Source: Camelus ferus (taxonomy: Eukaryota). From it: a stretch of DNA of 64,000 nt. Location of the stretch: the NCBI RefSeq assembly GCF_009834535.1, contig NC_045696.1, positions 112,966,001-113,030,000 of the forward strand, in the 5' to 3' direction. A program made the translations under genes and the position numbers. Of this stretch, positions 39,930-52,836 are shown in pieces. The stretch's first letter is position 1. Each line of letters starts with the position of its first letter. The notes under the pieces were generated by a model that had not been told where the DNA came from, did no database searches, and saw nothing but the letters and a program-made list of their open reading frames with translations.

Positions 39930-40084
39930 TTTTTTTCATTAAAGTACAGTCAGTTACAATTGTCAGTACAGTTATCAATTTCTGGTGTACCGCACAATGT
40001 CCCAGTCATGCAGATACATACATATATTTGTTTTCATATTTTTTTCAGTAGAGGTTATTATAAGATATTGAATGTAGTTCCCTG
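39930..40084 (-). mobile_element. Young L1 3' end inserted in the old L1
   Basis: aagtacagtcagttacaat...tttctggtgtac.gcacaatgtcccagtcatg; TSD tttgtatatcacctttct / tttgtgtagcacatttct. Confidence 0.85.
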
Positions 40085-40859
40085 TTTGTGTAGCACATTT
40101 CTGTTTCTGATATGGTAAGCCCTAACTCCTTCACTATTCTGTATTTTAAATGTACCTTAGCAATTATCATCTGAGCATTCTTCAAGGTGAATGTTCAATT
40201 AAATTTCAAATAAAAATATCTAATATATCTACATGCAATTATGTACAAACTGAATTATTTTGGAAGAGTTTGTATCTTTACAATTTTAATCATTTCATAA
40301 TCTGCCTGTTTTTTCCAGTCATTTGATATGACAGAAAAAAATGTTTTCTCACACAAGCTCTGCATATTTTTAAAGTTATTCCTCGATATTATGTACTTTT
40401 TGTTTAATTATATTTGAGATTTTTTTTCCTATTGCTTTCTAATTGGTGGTTATATAAAAGCTATTGATTTTTGTATTTTGGGTTTGATTCTGTTTATTAG
40501 GGATAATCATTTTTCACCTAGTTCCCCTGAGTTTTCTTGGTAAACAGCCTTATTATTCCAAATAATGATTCTTTTACCTTTCCAAAGAGCATACCTCTTA
40601 TTCCAGAATTATGTTTTATAGCATTAGTCCAAATTTCCTCAGCAGTGTTAAATATACTTAATGATATTCCATTCTTACCTTGTTTCTGATTTTAACAGCT
40701 AGGGTAGGTTTTTCCATCCATGTTAAAGAAATTTTATTACATTCCTAATATGCTGAGAGTATTTTTTTAATCAAAAAGGGGTTTTGAAATGTTACAAAAT
40801 GCCTTTTGATTATTTTGGTAAGTTATCCTCTGTGAGGAGAACGTAATGTGAAAGTCAGA

Positions 40860-41070
40860 TCATAGAACTTATGGCCAGACAGACCTGGGCTCGAATTACA
40901 CCTCCTCTTCTGAAATTGTGTATCACTGAGTGAGGTATTTTCCGTCTTCCAATTTCAGTTCTTTACACTGTAACCTGAGGATACTAATATAAATCTCTTG
41001 TGAGGATATTGTGAATACCTAATGAGAATTGTTTACAATTCACCAGACTTGATACAGACTATCGTATTTT
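40860..41070 (+). mobile_element. MIR SINE
   Basis: ccagacagacctgggctcgaat...ttcagttctttacactgtaa...gtgaatacctaatgag. Confidence 0.7.
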
Positions 41071-41959
41071 TAAAAATTATTGTGTAATTTTTGCCTTTGA
41101 TCTATTAAAATGATGTACTGTAATACAAAATTTCCTAGTATTTAATCATCTTCTGGTTCTTGGAGTAAAGCCCACTAGGTTATGAGGAAGTGTTTTCTTA
41201 ACTCACTGCTGTATTCAGTGTCTGTTTCAGATTATTGCATCAATTTTTATAATAATTTGGTCTTTAGTTGAATTTGTATGCTGTCTTGTTAGTTTTGACA
41301 TCAAAATGACACTTTCATGTAATAGTTGGGGATTTTTTTTACCTTTTTTTGTGGTTTGGACCTATGAGAATTATATTTTCCTTGAGAATTTGAAAGAAGT
41401 TTCTTGTGGAATTTTCTATGCCTTGATTATTTTTTGAAACAGATACTCCTTTTACAGCTTTTTAGATTTCTTTTTTTATGTTTGTTGTTTGTTTTCTCTA
41501 ATCAGTTGGTTTCTTCGGGTGTGTCTACTTATGCTTGTGTCCATTTTAGTAATTCAAATTATAGCTAAAAATCATCCTTTTGTTAGTATTTTTAAAATAA
41601 TAAGTGTAGAGTTGAGCACAGTATTCATTCATGATTTATAAAATCTTAACATCTGTGCTTCTCTTTTTTTTCTTGGTTGATTGTAGAATTCTGATATTTA
41701 TTTGATTTATGTTAAAGAACTACCGTTTGGATTTATTTATCCTACTGTTTCTGTGCCCTTCATACCTGCAACATAACCTCACAGTGATCAGACTTTAATT
41801 TTTATATACTTTTGACTTTGCCACCTCACAGGGAGTCATTGGTTGTCAGCGATCATTTCTCGAGTGCCTCAAACGGCCCCTTTCAGAGAGTAGCTGCTGT
41901 CTGTTTTCAGTCCAAGGCTGGGAACTATTGCAGACCATTCTGCCTGTGTTCACAGCCGA

Positions 41960-42112
41960 GCTCCACCATTAACATTTTATGTAATCCCCAACAAGTCACT
42001 TTGACTTTCTGCGCCACAGTTTCCTCATCTGAGTGTGAGAATGTGAAACTCTGAGAACAGCACCTGCCAGGCAGTAAAGTAGGTCTTAGTTAGCTATTGT
42101 CACCATTATATT
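41960..42112 (+). mobile_element. MIR SINE
   Basis: caagtcacttt.acttt.ctg.gccacagtttcctcatctg. Confidence 0.65.
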
Positions 42113-42959
42113 TAATAATAAATACTGTGGTTGTCCTCAAGGTTACAGTGGACAAAGTTGTGAATGGAAAACTCAAAGGAAAACTGAACATAAAGTGTTT
42201 TTATTTGTAATGTTTGGAGTGGGGTCAAGCCTTTAGGAGAACTAGACACTCTGAATAAAGGATTCAGCAGGTATTTAAAGAAAAAAAAAACAGACCATGA
42301 CATTACAGTGAACCTGTTCAAAATCCATATTGGAAAAAATACAGTTCCTTACATACATGCTCATCCTATCTGTTTGGTCCTCACATCCACGGACAGCTGT
42401 ATTCCAAAATCAGAGAGAAACATGTTTTCTCGAGGGAGCCAGAAACGTACAAGAACAGGAGCAAGTCTTTAACAAATTTTTTTTTTTAATTTTAGGATTT
42501 AAATAGGATCCTTCTGTTTGGAGAAGGTTCTAGAATGATGCGAAATATTTTTGTTTTTTTCTGTCTGGTGTGGGACGGGCACACCTCGTCATAGCAGCCA
42601 CAGAGCAAGCTGAAGGTTTGCTTTCTCACGTCGTCCTGTCCCAAGTGAGGTGATAAACTGTGAACGGGTGATTCAGGTGCCCACGCTGTGCTTTATGTTT
42701 CTTGCCTCGGTTCGTTCGATGCTATTCTCTTAGACTTCTGTAAATCCTAGAACACTTTCTTAACCTCTGCCACTTGCAACATTTTCCTGTACCTCCCCTG
42801 AGGGAGAGGCATCGGTCCATATGCCTCCACTGCTTCCAGGAGAAAGTTCAGTCTCCACAGCAGGGCACAGAGGGCCTCTCCGGCCCCTCTCCTGCCACCG
42901 CCCTTCACTGTGCCTGGCCCTGTTCATCACTGTGAGAGGTGGGGATCTGAGACGGCCCT

Positions 42960-43448
42960 GAGATTCCCATGCCCTCATGTGCATGCCTCCCTAATCCCCT
43001 TTCTTTGCTCTGGATGGGACCTGTGAAGACGATGGGGTGGTCACTCTCTTGACCACTTTACATAAGATCCCATCTCAGCAGAAGGAGGAGAGAGATTCTG
43101 CTGCTGGCTTTCAGGAAGCAAACTGCTTCCAGGGATGGCAGGGGGCCTTTAGCAGCTCAGAGCACGTGCCCCCAGTTGGCAGCCAGCAGGAAAATGCAAA
43201 TCTCAATCTTGCGAGGATGCAAGGAACTAAATTCCATCAATCACCAGTGAGCCTTGAAGGGGACCCCATACCTCAGATGAATTTGCAGCCCCAGCCAACA
43301 CCTTGATTTCAGCCTGATGAGATCCTGAGCAGGGGCTGAGCTTACCTGACCCATGGTCTGACCCATGGAAACAACTGGGTGAAAAATTTTGTTGTTTTAG
43401 CTACTAAGTTTATGGTCATTTGTTACGCAGCAGTAGAGAAATAATGCA
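42960..43448 (+). mobile_element. MLT1 (E/F/G-type) MaLR LTR
   Basis: cagccagcaggaaaat; caaggaactaaattc; gcagccccagccaacaccttgatttcagcctg; tgttgtttta.gctactaagtttatggtcatttgttacgcagca. Confidence 0.85.
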
Positions 43449-43566
43449 GTCTGTTAGTCTTGTCTTCTCTTATCACCTACCACCTATTTTCCTTAGTACG
43501 AATGCAGTCCATGTGTCCCCACCCAGGACCCACCTTTGGCCTCCCCAGATTTGTTGTCCTCCTTTA

Positions 43567-43704
43567 TTTTTAATTTTTTTAAAATTTTTAGTGGAGAGGT
43601 AATTAGGTTTATTTATTTATTTTTAAATGGAGATGCTGGGGACTGAACCCAGGACCTCGTGCATGCTAAGCAAGCACTCTACCACTGGACTATACCCTCC
43701 CCCC
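43567..43704 (-). mobile_element. tRNA-Ala-derived SINE (vic-1-like)
   Basis: ctggggactgaacccaggacctcgtgcatgctaagcaagcactctaccact; TSD ttgttgtcctccttta / ttgtcatcctctttta. Confidence 0.92.
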
Positions 43705-43926
43705 TTGTCATCCTCTTTTAAATGGAAGGAAACAATTTTCTGTCTCCTTGGAGTATGTTTATTCCTAAAACTATTATCAGCTTCATAGTCTGTTTTTATA
43801 TTCTACTAAATTAATGTAAGTGCCTATATTTTATTAAAAATTAATTATTTTGCTTTCTTCAAAACTCGACATATCAGAATACATATCTGACAAAGTAAAT
43901 TCATTGTCGAATTTAGACTGGGTCTT

Positions 43927-44014
43927 TTTTTTTTAAGGGAGGTACTGGGGATTGAACCCAGGATCTCATGCATGCTAAGCATGCACTCTACCACTTGAGC
44001 TATAGCCTCCCTGC
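43927..44014 (-). mobile_element. Short tRNA-Ala-derived SINE (head plus A-tail only)
   Basis: ggaggtactggggattgaacccagga.ctcatgcatgctaagcatgcactctaccact; perfect 13-bp TSD tagactgggtctt (43914-26 / 44015-27). Confidence 0.92.
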
Positions 44015-44149
44015 TAGACTGGGTCTTGGAACAGCATGAATTAGGCTATGGGAAAGCTACAGTGGCTCCTGGGAGGGTAGTCACTAACTGTAGACTATAA
44101 GAGTCCTCCCTTGACCCTATCAAGGTATTGTTTTATAGCAATAATCTTA

Positions 44150-45200
44150 GTGAGGCTACAGATTGTGTATTTATCAAAGTTGTGATGGACATGAAGCCTG
44201 GAAGCACAGCATGTACTTTGAGTAACAGAACTAGGCTCCAAAGGGATCATTTCAGGTTGAAATGATGATAAGCCAACTCTAACAAGATGAACTTTAGTTG
44301 AATAGGTATACAAGCCTATCATTAAGTAAGAAAAGAGAAAAATAAATCAATCTAAAAACTAGGGATGGGGTGAGACAGACAGCATATGCAAAAATATGTA
44401 CATTCGTTGCTAGCAAGTTGGTATAAGTCAGTGGTATATTGGGGCGTGTGAGCTTCTTTGAATCATGAAGTTAATTTTAAACTCTATTCATTGAACTGCT
44501 ATGTACAGAGCAAGAATAGTCCTCCTTTGTTTATGTGGGTCACGCCACTCCTAGAGGGTTGGGGAGTTCTGGGCACCTCTTCAATGGGGTCAAAGACAAA
44601 CTGGAATTTCTCCACTGGGCAAGAATCAGATGGGTGAGCAGACCTGCCTTCACGTACAATACTGTGGAATAACTGGGCAGGGCTATTTTCCCTGTGGAAG
44701 AGAAGTTATCTGGGGATGAGACTTCCTTTCCAAGACTTTGGTGAGTGAAAGTTACAGGGAAGTAGATTTTTGCTTTATATATATAAATATATATGTGCAT
44801 TATATAATTTAATCTTATATGAAAAGCAAAATTCTATTTCCCTGTACATTAAGGAAATGTAAAAGTATGTACTTAATAGCAACATAGACTGGGCTGCCTT
44901 TGGAGTTATTGAGCCCATGATCCCTGAGATGTACAAATAGAGGTTTGGGTAGAGGAAGGCAGATTCATGGAGTCTTTTGTGTGCATTGTCACAGTGTGTC
45001 AGTGATGGACCAGAAGACACCAATACGCATAGCTAAAAGCCTGGAAAGTTTCATTAAAAGTAGAATACAGGAAGTCATGTATATGGTTTTATAAAGAAGG
45101 AAGTAACACGGTATGTTTCTAGGTAGAGGATTGGCTCCCCCGGGTTGCCAAAATTCTCCAGAAGAAGGCATCCACCTCTTAATTAGTTCTCTAATTAATG
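44150..45200 (+). mobile_element. L3/CR1 LINE fossil (3' part)
   Basis: aacaagatgaacttta.. (NKMNF); agttctgggcacctc..ttcaa....caaagacaaactgga, a CR1-like FWAP.F..D.DKLE motif. Confidence 0.5.
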
Positions 45201-45238
45201 AGTTAGGAATGCAGATTCTTCAGGTGTGAGACGCTGTC

Positions 45239-45633
45239 TGTAGCGGGTGCTGTTAGCACACCACCCAGACCCCCAGTGCCTGCCAGCTTCTCACATCTGC
45301 ATCCTCCCCCATAGAATTGCCGACAACTGATGACATCTGCCGCATCCAAGGATGCCTGGGAGGTGATGGCCCCCTCCCAGGGTCAGCCCTTGGCCGATGA
45401 CAGGCTGACGCAGAGCTGTGCCTTCTCAGTCCCCTTGTCTGTGCACAAGACAGCCTCTGAGGAGGAATGCAGGCTGCAGGTCTCCTGGGGCTGACTTCTT
45501 CTGACCTACATCTTCCTTGCCTTTCTCTGCCCCATCACACCTCCCTCACTCCCTCACTTGCTCTCGTAAGAGCCCTGCCTTACACGGGAATTGTCACCTG
45601 AGGTTTTATGTCTGAGGATCCTTATCCAGGACG
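45239..45633 (+). mobile_element. LTR16C-like ERVL LTR
   Basis: Starts tgtagcgggtgctgt; cctcccagggtcagcccttggccgatgac; pyrimidine-rich 3' end. Confidence 0.65.
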
Positions 45634-45930
45634 CCGCCTTTGCCTTTCTTTGGATGATTTCTAACCTCCTGCCCCTCTGCACACAGGAGCATCTGCCTTT
45701 TCATCTGCTCTCTTACCCGGTGCTAGTAACTGGGCCGAGATATCACTTCTCCAGGTTCACACACTGGGACTGAGTGTGAGTGAAGAGAAGGTCATTTTGC
45801 CAGAAGCTCCCCCCGCAGGCTCTGGCTTTCTGGCAACACTGGAAGAGATGGCCTCCGAGGGCCCCCACACTCCAGTATCGCATAATATCACTTTGTCCCT
45901 GAAAGTGCACAATGTGTGTGAGCGAACACC

Positions 45931-45962
45931 CGTGTGTGCGCGCGCACACACACACACACACA
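45931..45962. repeat. (GT)(GC)(CA) alternating purine-pyrimidine microsatellite
   Basis: cgtgtgtgcgcgcgcacacacacacacacaca. Confidence 0.9.
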
Positions 45963-47769
45963 ACTACTTTTGTTCTCTCTCTGAATGGCGATGCTCTCTG
46001 ACTCTAATGGAGGTGAAGAGGTCAGAGGCTTCGTGTATCCAGCAACAGCGTTCCAGGGGTTATCAGGCTTGAAAAACATGCGGGTCCGCTGGTTTCCATC
46101 CCCTTTTCTCTTTTTAGCTGCCGTATGTTTCTGCTCCTTGGTTCTTTTCTCTGGACATCCTTCTCACAACGGGCACCTGGCTGATCACAGCGTCTGATGT
46201 GGCATGTGGGAGAGGAGGCAGAAGAGCTTGGTGGGGAAGAAGGACTGGTTTGGGACTATAGACTAATGTGCATAATTCCTAGCTCTGGACTTAAGCTGAC
46301 AGCCTCGTGACAGTTAACCTTTCTGAGTATGAATGTCCTGGTGTAGAAAGTGAGGAGAGTGTGTCCGCCCACCTCCCGGGCAGGCTCATGAAGGCCAAGG
46401 GAGGTGGTGCATTATGAGGGCATCTTAGGAAAATGTAAAGCCCTGGACCAACATGAGGTATTATTCAGATACTGTATTAAGGTGCAGTTGTGCTCGTGGG
46501 GGGACTGAGATTTGAATGTAAATAAAAGCTATTTAAGGTGGAGATGGTCTGTACCATCAGGGAGGGACAGAGTTCTGTAGGAGTTCAGAGGAGGGGGAAC
46601 CCATTTCCTGCTGAACATTGTTCTTTGGGCCCAAAAGTTTGTTCCTCTCCTTCTCTGTATTTGCTTTCTGACTTGGGACATGTAGACAGCAGGGCTTTGC
46701 GTAAATCCAGAGAAATAACGAAGATCTTTTACCGCCTTTTATGCTTAGTGGAGAAAAAGGGCCTGGTGCAACTGACGCAGCGACTGAATCATCTCTCAAG
46801 AATGAACCCTGTGCGATGAGACTGAAGGGTGTCCATTTTCCAGTGGATTTTACTGCACCGGCCAGATGTGGGAACTGCAGAGGTTTCTAGATGGATCTAT
46901 TTTTAGTGTTGATTAGCTGATTCTCTGATCATCATGTGAGCAGGTCTACATTATTGTAATTATACTTAAAGTGCACAGAGCTGCTCAAAGAAGCTGAACA
47001 GAGATGGATAGATGTGATCTTCCAGGGCCACCCATCCCGCAAATAACGGATGCTCCAAACCAAGGATGGCACCCTCAGAGAATCAGTGCTCAAGGGCGGT
47101 GCCACCATGTCTGAGATGCAGGTTGCTTTCCTGATCACTTGAAAATTATTCTTATTACTTTTGACAGCCAGGCTCAGGGTGAAGCTAAAAAATACTAATT
47201 GCTCTCATTAATTTTCTAACTTATTCAAGCGGATATATTTTTTAAAACTCAAAAAGACTGAAATGAGGATATATGTTGTTAAGAAACCTGACCCTGGAGG
47301 TGTTCCTCTGCCTTTCGGTATCGAGGGGTGTGTGAAGCTGGTGGTGTTGGCTCTGCGCTGCCTCTTCGGTCCCTAATCTTCTGGACTCTTCACTCACTCT
47401 GTGCAGCTGACGGGTGCCCCTCCCCGCTCATTTCTCTACATTTGCTTTTTTGACCTTCCTTGTTTATCTCCCATGTCCCTCTGCCCACACACCTCCTTTA
47501 TCCTTTGCCTCACTTGACCTAAGTGGCTCTATTCCCTTGTGTTCTGAGTTTTTCTTCACCTTCCATCCACCCAGTGTCCTAAGTTTAGTGTCTGTGGTTC
47601 CAAACTCTGCTCTCTTGTGCTCCCCACCCCGTTGCTGATGACTTGGCCAACGATGCTGGCATGCACCTACTGAGCCACGCGGGAAATCTCCCGGCCTCTC
47701 CTGACCTCTTCCCCCCAACATCCAGATGTTTTCCATGAAAGGTTGCTCTGTCCACACCTTACCTCCATC

Positions 47770-48200
47770 CCCATCCCAGAGCCCTCATTCCAGGCATCCC
47801 TCTCCTCTAGCATCTCAGATACCTCTACCGGTTTTGTTTTTTTTTTCTAAAAAACAAATCTGAACATGCCACAAACCTGATGATAGGTGTCTTTTTGACT
47901 GCTGAACTCTTCACAGTAAAATTCAGATGCCCAGCATGGCATCCACAGCTGGGCAGAGGCCGACCGTAGCCTCCTTTCCTGCTACTGTCTGTCCATCCCC
48001 ACGACGTGCCAGAGACACTAATTTCTTTCTATTTGTAGAGGAGGCTTTTCTGCCTTTGCACATATCATTTTTCCCTCCTGCAAAATGTCCTTCTCATCTT
48101 CTCTAGCTAAGATCTGTTCTTCTTCCGTGGCTGTTTTAGAAAGTTTCCTGGATTTTCTCACATTGGAGTAACAGAATGTTTGTCCATGTCTATCATGACA
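47770..48200 (+). mobile_element. L2 fragment
   Basis: aaacaaatctgaacatgccac; aaattcagatgcccagcatggcat; gcctttgcacata..att.ttccctcctg.aaatgtccttc. Confidence 0.55.
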
Positions 48201-49145
48201 TCTAACCCCACACTGAGTTTTTTTTAGAAAAGGAATGCTTTGCATTTGCAGAATAATTTATAGATGGCAAAGCTTTTTCACGGACCTTCTCTCCATGACA
48301 AGTTGGAAAAAAGCAGAGATATGAAAGGAAGGTTATGTTCAACAGCACTTTGGTGTCTGTTCTATTTTGGTCATTTTTGATTCCCAAGTACTGTTATCTA
48401 CACCTTTAGCAACAAGGAAAGTGTGTCAAACGTCCTGCCACTTGGAGGCTAAGAGCCTGGGCAAAACACTTGGTGGGAATGGCCAGCAACCTCTGTTCTT
48501 GAAAGTAATAGCCTTGAATTAAAGACAGAAGGCCCCAGGGGAAATCTATATGGACTCCTAAAGCCAGGATGTTTTGCTAAGAACAGTCTTTGTACAACAT
48601 TGAATACCTTTAATAAGCATGAATTTTAGCTAGGAACTGCTTGACCTCTTTTCGTCTTCTTTTTTTGTTTTAGTCATGGAATTAGGCCTGCCTGGTTAAT
48701 CAGTGCCCAGAGCAAAGATACCCTCGGGACTCGAGAATTCAGACATTAGCTACAGGTTAAACTAGAAGAGAGGGTGAGAGAGGGAGGACTCAGAAAGCAT
48801 TTACGGGACTGCCTAAGTATTCATCGAATCTTAGTGCTCTTAAGGATCTAGCATCTAATCATAGCTGAGGACTGAGGCCTGGAGAAGTTGAGCATCAGTC
48901 AGGACCCTCACCATCAGTGGCTGTGAACTCCTGACTCCTGCCCAGAATCCTTCTCCATCCTCGTTAATTTACACAAAGATACAAAAATGGCTTGTGAGGG
49001 AAGATAACTGTGGGCTCACTAATACAGCTGATCGTGAGATTGAACCTTTATTTTGGGTAAATTAGGTGCATGGTAACAGTCATAGAAGCCAAGAACTTTT
49101 GATCGATGTATCTCATCTGGTCCTCACCAAAACTCTATGAGATGA

Positions 49146-49635
49146 TGTGTTCATTTCTGCAGTAACACTGCAGTAACAAATTACCACAAGTTAGTGACTT
49201 TAAACAAGAGAGATGCCTGATCTTACAATCTGGAGGTCAGAATTCTGGAATGAGTTCCATAGGACTACAGTCAAGGGGTCTGCACACCTGGCTCTTTCTG
49301 GAGGCTCTAAAGGGAGAATCCATTTCCTGGACTTTTAGAGCGTCTAGTGGCCGCCTATTTCTTTGACTTACGGCTGCTTCCACTGTCTTCAAAGCACGGC
49401 ATTCGAATCTCTGCTTCCAGCATCACCTAGTCCTTCCTCTGCCTCTGATGCCTCCTGCACCCCTCTTACAAGGACTTTTGTGATTATCCTGGGCCAGCCA
49501 AATAATCCAGGACAACTTGCTTATCATGAAATCCTTAATTTAATCACATTTGCAAGATCCCTTTTGTTGTATGTGGTAACACATTCACAGATTCCAGGGA
49601 CTAGAACATGGATGTATTTGGGGGCTGTTATTCAG
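49146..49635 (-). mobile_element. MLT1D-like MaLR solo LTR inserted in a MIR
   Basis: gtaacaaattaccacaa.ttagtgact; ttctggaggctcta..gggagaatccatttcc; ttaatcacatttgcaa.atccc; gattccagggactagaacatgga. Confidence 0.9.
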
Positions 49636-49899
49636 AGAGGTGCTATTCTACAGCTGAAGAAGCATAGGCCCAACTTCCATAGAGTCAGTTCCATAGGACC
49701 AGAGTCATTCATTCTTTACCAACGTCTCTGGAACGGAGTAACAAGGAATAAATATGATATAGTATGAGTAGATTTTTAGACCAAAAATATACTAAGCCTA
49801 TGGTCTGAATTATAAGACATAATCTGTTAGAAGGAAGAAGATTCTAAGCTTTGTTTTTCTTTTAAAGGATAACATTCTTTAACAGCTCTAGGTAATTCT

Positions 49900-50400
49900 T
49901 GGGACTATAATAGGCCATGATCCAAAGTTAGTCATCCTGCTGACTGCTGTGAGCTGATATTTTAATTTTCAAAGCTTAAATCAGCTTCAATACATTTCTA
50001 TCCATTGGTAGTGGGTGGCCACTCTATATGCAGAACAAAGCTAAAGTTTTTTAAACTTGACAGCATTTCATCTTCATTTTTGAAGTCCGCTATCTCATTT
50101 CTAATCATTCCTCATTCTCAGTTCAAATTTAGTCAGGCATTCATGTGAAATGGATTTTCGACATCCCAATGTCTACATTAACCTCCCCTAGAAACTCTCT
50201 AGTTTGTCAGATACTTCTCACAAAATATGGTTCCAAGGATTGAACATGGTATTGCAGTTAGAATTTAATAGTCTTGAATACGGTTAAGATGTTCCCTTCC
50301 CTTTATGGGGAAGTATGCCTCTGTAATATTGCTCTATTGGCATATTATTAATGGCAAGTTGGACAGACCAGCCCATTTCCAGAAAGACAGAAAGAAACAC
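49900..50400 (-). mobile_element. L3/CR1 3' fragment
   Basis: aactctctagtttgtc...aaatatggttcca..attgaaca..gtattgcag resembles an antisense CR1 3' ORF2 region. Confidence 0.45.
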
Positions 50401-51605
50401 ATTTTAAGCTGTAGCTTGACCAATAACCCACTTGAAGTCCAGAGAAAGAAGCAAAATATTCCTTAACACCTTGATCACCTGTAAATGCTGCATGGTCAGC
50501 CTTACTGGGGTTAAGAAGGCCTGCTTTCCTTGGTGAGTGTGTGTATGTCTCTCTCTATTCTCCTTAATTTATTTTATTTATAAATATTCACATGTTATAA
50601 CATACATACAGGCTATGAAACTTCATAATGAAATAAATCTCCCATGAAATCAATGCCCACTTTAGGAAGGAGGACGTTGCAATAGGGTTGATACTGACTA
50701 TGTTTATATTGTTCCTTGTTTGTCCTACTTCATGTTTCCCTCCACTGAGTTTTCTCGTAAATTTTACATTCATCATTAGGAATTTTTTTGATTTATTGTG
50801 TATATATATATCTCCCTAAATAAAAATATTTTAAAATTTAGCTTGTCTGTGGGCCTTGTAAAAATAGTAGCATGCCATGTATAATTTCCTATAATTTGCT
50901 TTTCTTTTTGCATTCACAATTGTATTTATAGGCTGTATCTATTTACTGTGTGAGGCTAGAATTTGCTCATTTACTTCTGCTGTGGAATATTCTGTTGTGT
51001 GAACATTATTTACATGTTCTTCTATGGATAGAAGTTTGGGTTATTTCCTGTTAAGGAGTTTATTTCCAGTGATTTGCTATTACAAGCAATACTGCTATGA
51101 ATTTTCTTGCACAGCTCTCTTGGTGACTGTGGGTAAGAGTTTCTCTAGGAGTAGAATTGCTGGGTCAGAGGGTAGATGCATTCTTTACGAGCTAAATCAA
51201 AATTAGTTTTCAAAGAAATTGAACCTGTTGACACACCCTTCAGTGTTGCGATAGAGTTCCTGTTGCTCCATGTCCTGGACAACATTTGCTAATGTCAGGC
51301 TCTTAAATTTCACCTGTCTCAAACTTCTCTTATCATGGTCTGAAAAAGTATTGCCTCGATTTCTCATGAGGTTGAATGTCTTTTCATACTTATTTACCAT
51401 TGGCTCCTCCTTTTTTGTGAAATGCTGTTCATATTTTCCCTCTGTTTCTTCTGTCTTAGTTTACAGATGTGTGTGTGGGTGGGGGAGGCACGAGGGGAAA
51501 GAGAGAGAGAGGGAGAGAAGGAAAAGAATACTAATCTTTTATCAGTTTTAGGTGTTGCAAAGTTCTTCCAATTTATAGCTTGCATTTCACATGATGGTAA
51601 CTTTT

Positions 51606-52836
51606 TTTCTTTCATTTTATTGGGGCATAATTCATATGCAGCAATGTATAAGCTTAATATGTAGAGCACAGTGACTTGACTTACGTATGTCATAAACTCG
51701 TTACCACAGTAAGTTTAAAAACATCCATCATCTCATATGGATCCAAAATGAAAGAAATAGAAAAAAATTTTTTTGCTTGTGATGAGAACTCAAGATTTAC
51801 ACTCTTAACAGCTTTCATATATAACATACAGTATCATTATCTGTATTAATCATGTAAAAAAAGACAAACGAACTTATTTGTAAAATAGAAACAGACTCAC
51901 AGACATAGAAAACAAACTTACAGTTACTGGAAGTGGGGAGGGATAGAGGTGGGAAGAGATAAATTGGGAGTTTGAGATTTGCAGATACTAATATATATAA
52001 AATAGATAAACAAGTTTATACTCTATAGCACAGAAAACTATATTCAATATCTTGTAACATATGATGAAAAAGAATATGAAAATGAATATATGTATGTTCA
52101 TGTATGACTGAAGCATTATGCTGTACACCAAAAATTGACAACACTGTAAACTAACTATACTTCAATAAAAAATATGTACAAAAAAATCATGTTGTAAATT
52201 AAATCCTTGATACTTACTTATTTTATAACTGAAAGTTTGTACTTTTTAAAACATCTTTATTATGGTATGATTCCTGTACAGTAAGCTACACATATTTCAG
52301 ATGAACAATTTGATTAATTTTAATAGATATATACACCCATGACCCACCACCACAATCAAGATAGCTGACATTTCCATCACTCCCCAAGAGGTGCAAAATT
52401 TCAAATTCTCCATGTGTCCCTTCCCACCTCTTTTACCCTCTAGTAACCATAAGTTTGTTCTCTATGTCTGTGAGTCTGTTTCTGTTTTGTAGATAAGTTC
52501 ATTTGTGTCCTTTTCTTTTTAGATTCCACATATAAGTGATATCATATGGTAGTTTTTTTTCTTTCTGACTTACTTCACTTAGAATGACACTCTCCAGATC
52601 CACCCATGTTGCTGCAAATGGCATTATTTTATTCTTTTATATGGGTGAGTAGTATTCCACTGTAGATATATATACCACATCTTCTTTATCAAGTCATCTG
52701 TTGATGGACTTTTGGGTTGTTTCCATATCTTGACTATTGTAAATAGTACTGCTGTGAACATTGAGGTACATGTGTCTTTTCAAGTCATATTTTCCTCCGG
52801 ATATATGCCAGGTGTGGAATTGCCAGATCATATGGT
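51606..52836 (-). mobile_element. L1MA-type/cetartiodactyl L1 3' composite
   Basis: TSD cacatgatggtaactttt (51588-51605) / cacatgatgatcactttt (52837-52854); tagattccacatataagtgatatcatatgg. Confidence 0.85.
51856..52184 (+). mobile_element. Young L1 3' end nested in the composite
   Basis: gaaacagactcacagacatagaaaacaaactta...ctatacttcaataaaa; TSD aatcatgt (51848-55 / 52185-92). Confidence 0.9.

Larger units (their letters stand above)
38830..41750 (-). mobile_element. Long degenerate L1ME remnant hosting a younger L1 and a MIR
   Basis: T-rich antisense L1 ORF2-like sequence (aagctattgatttttgtatt, ccattcttaccttgtttctgattttaa, aagcccact.ggttatg). Confidence 0.75.

Noticed and set aside
49157..49178. 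Tandem 11-bp duplication ctgcagtaaca x2 (similar ones near 43347 and 33830)
   Set aside because: Ordinary slippage-type micro-duplications with no evident function
49363..49767. 134-aa ORF
   Set aside because: Lies in antisense MLT1 LTR/MIR sequence and is spurious
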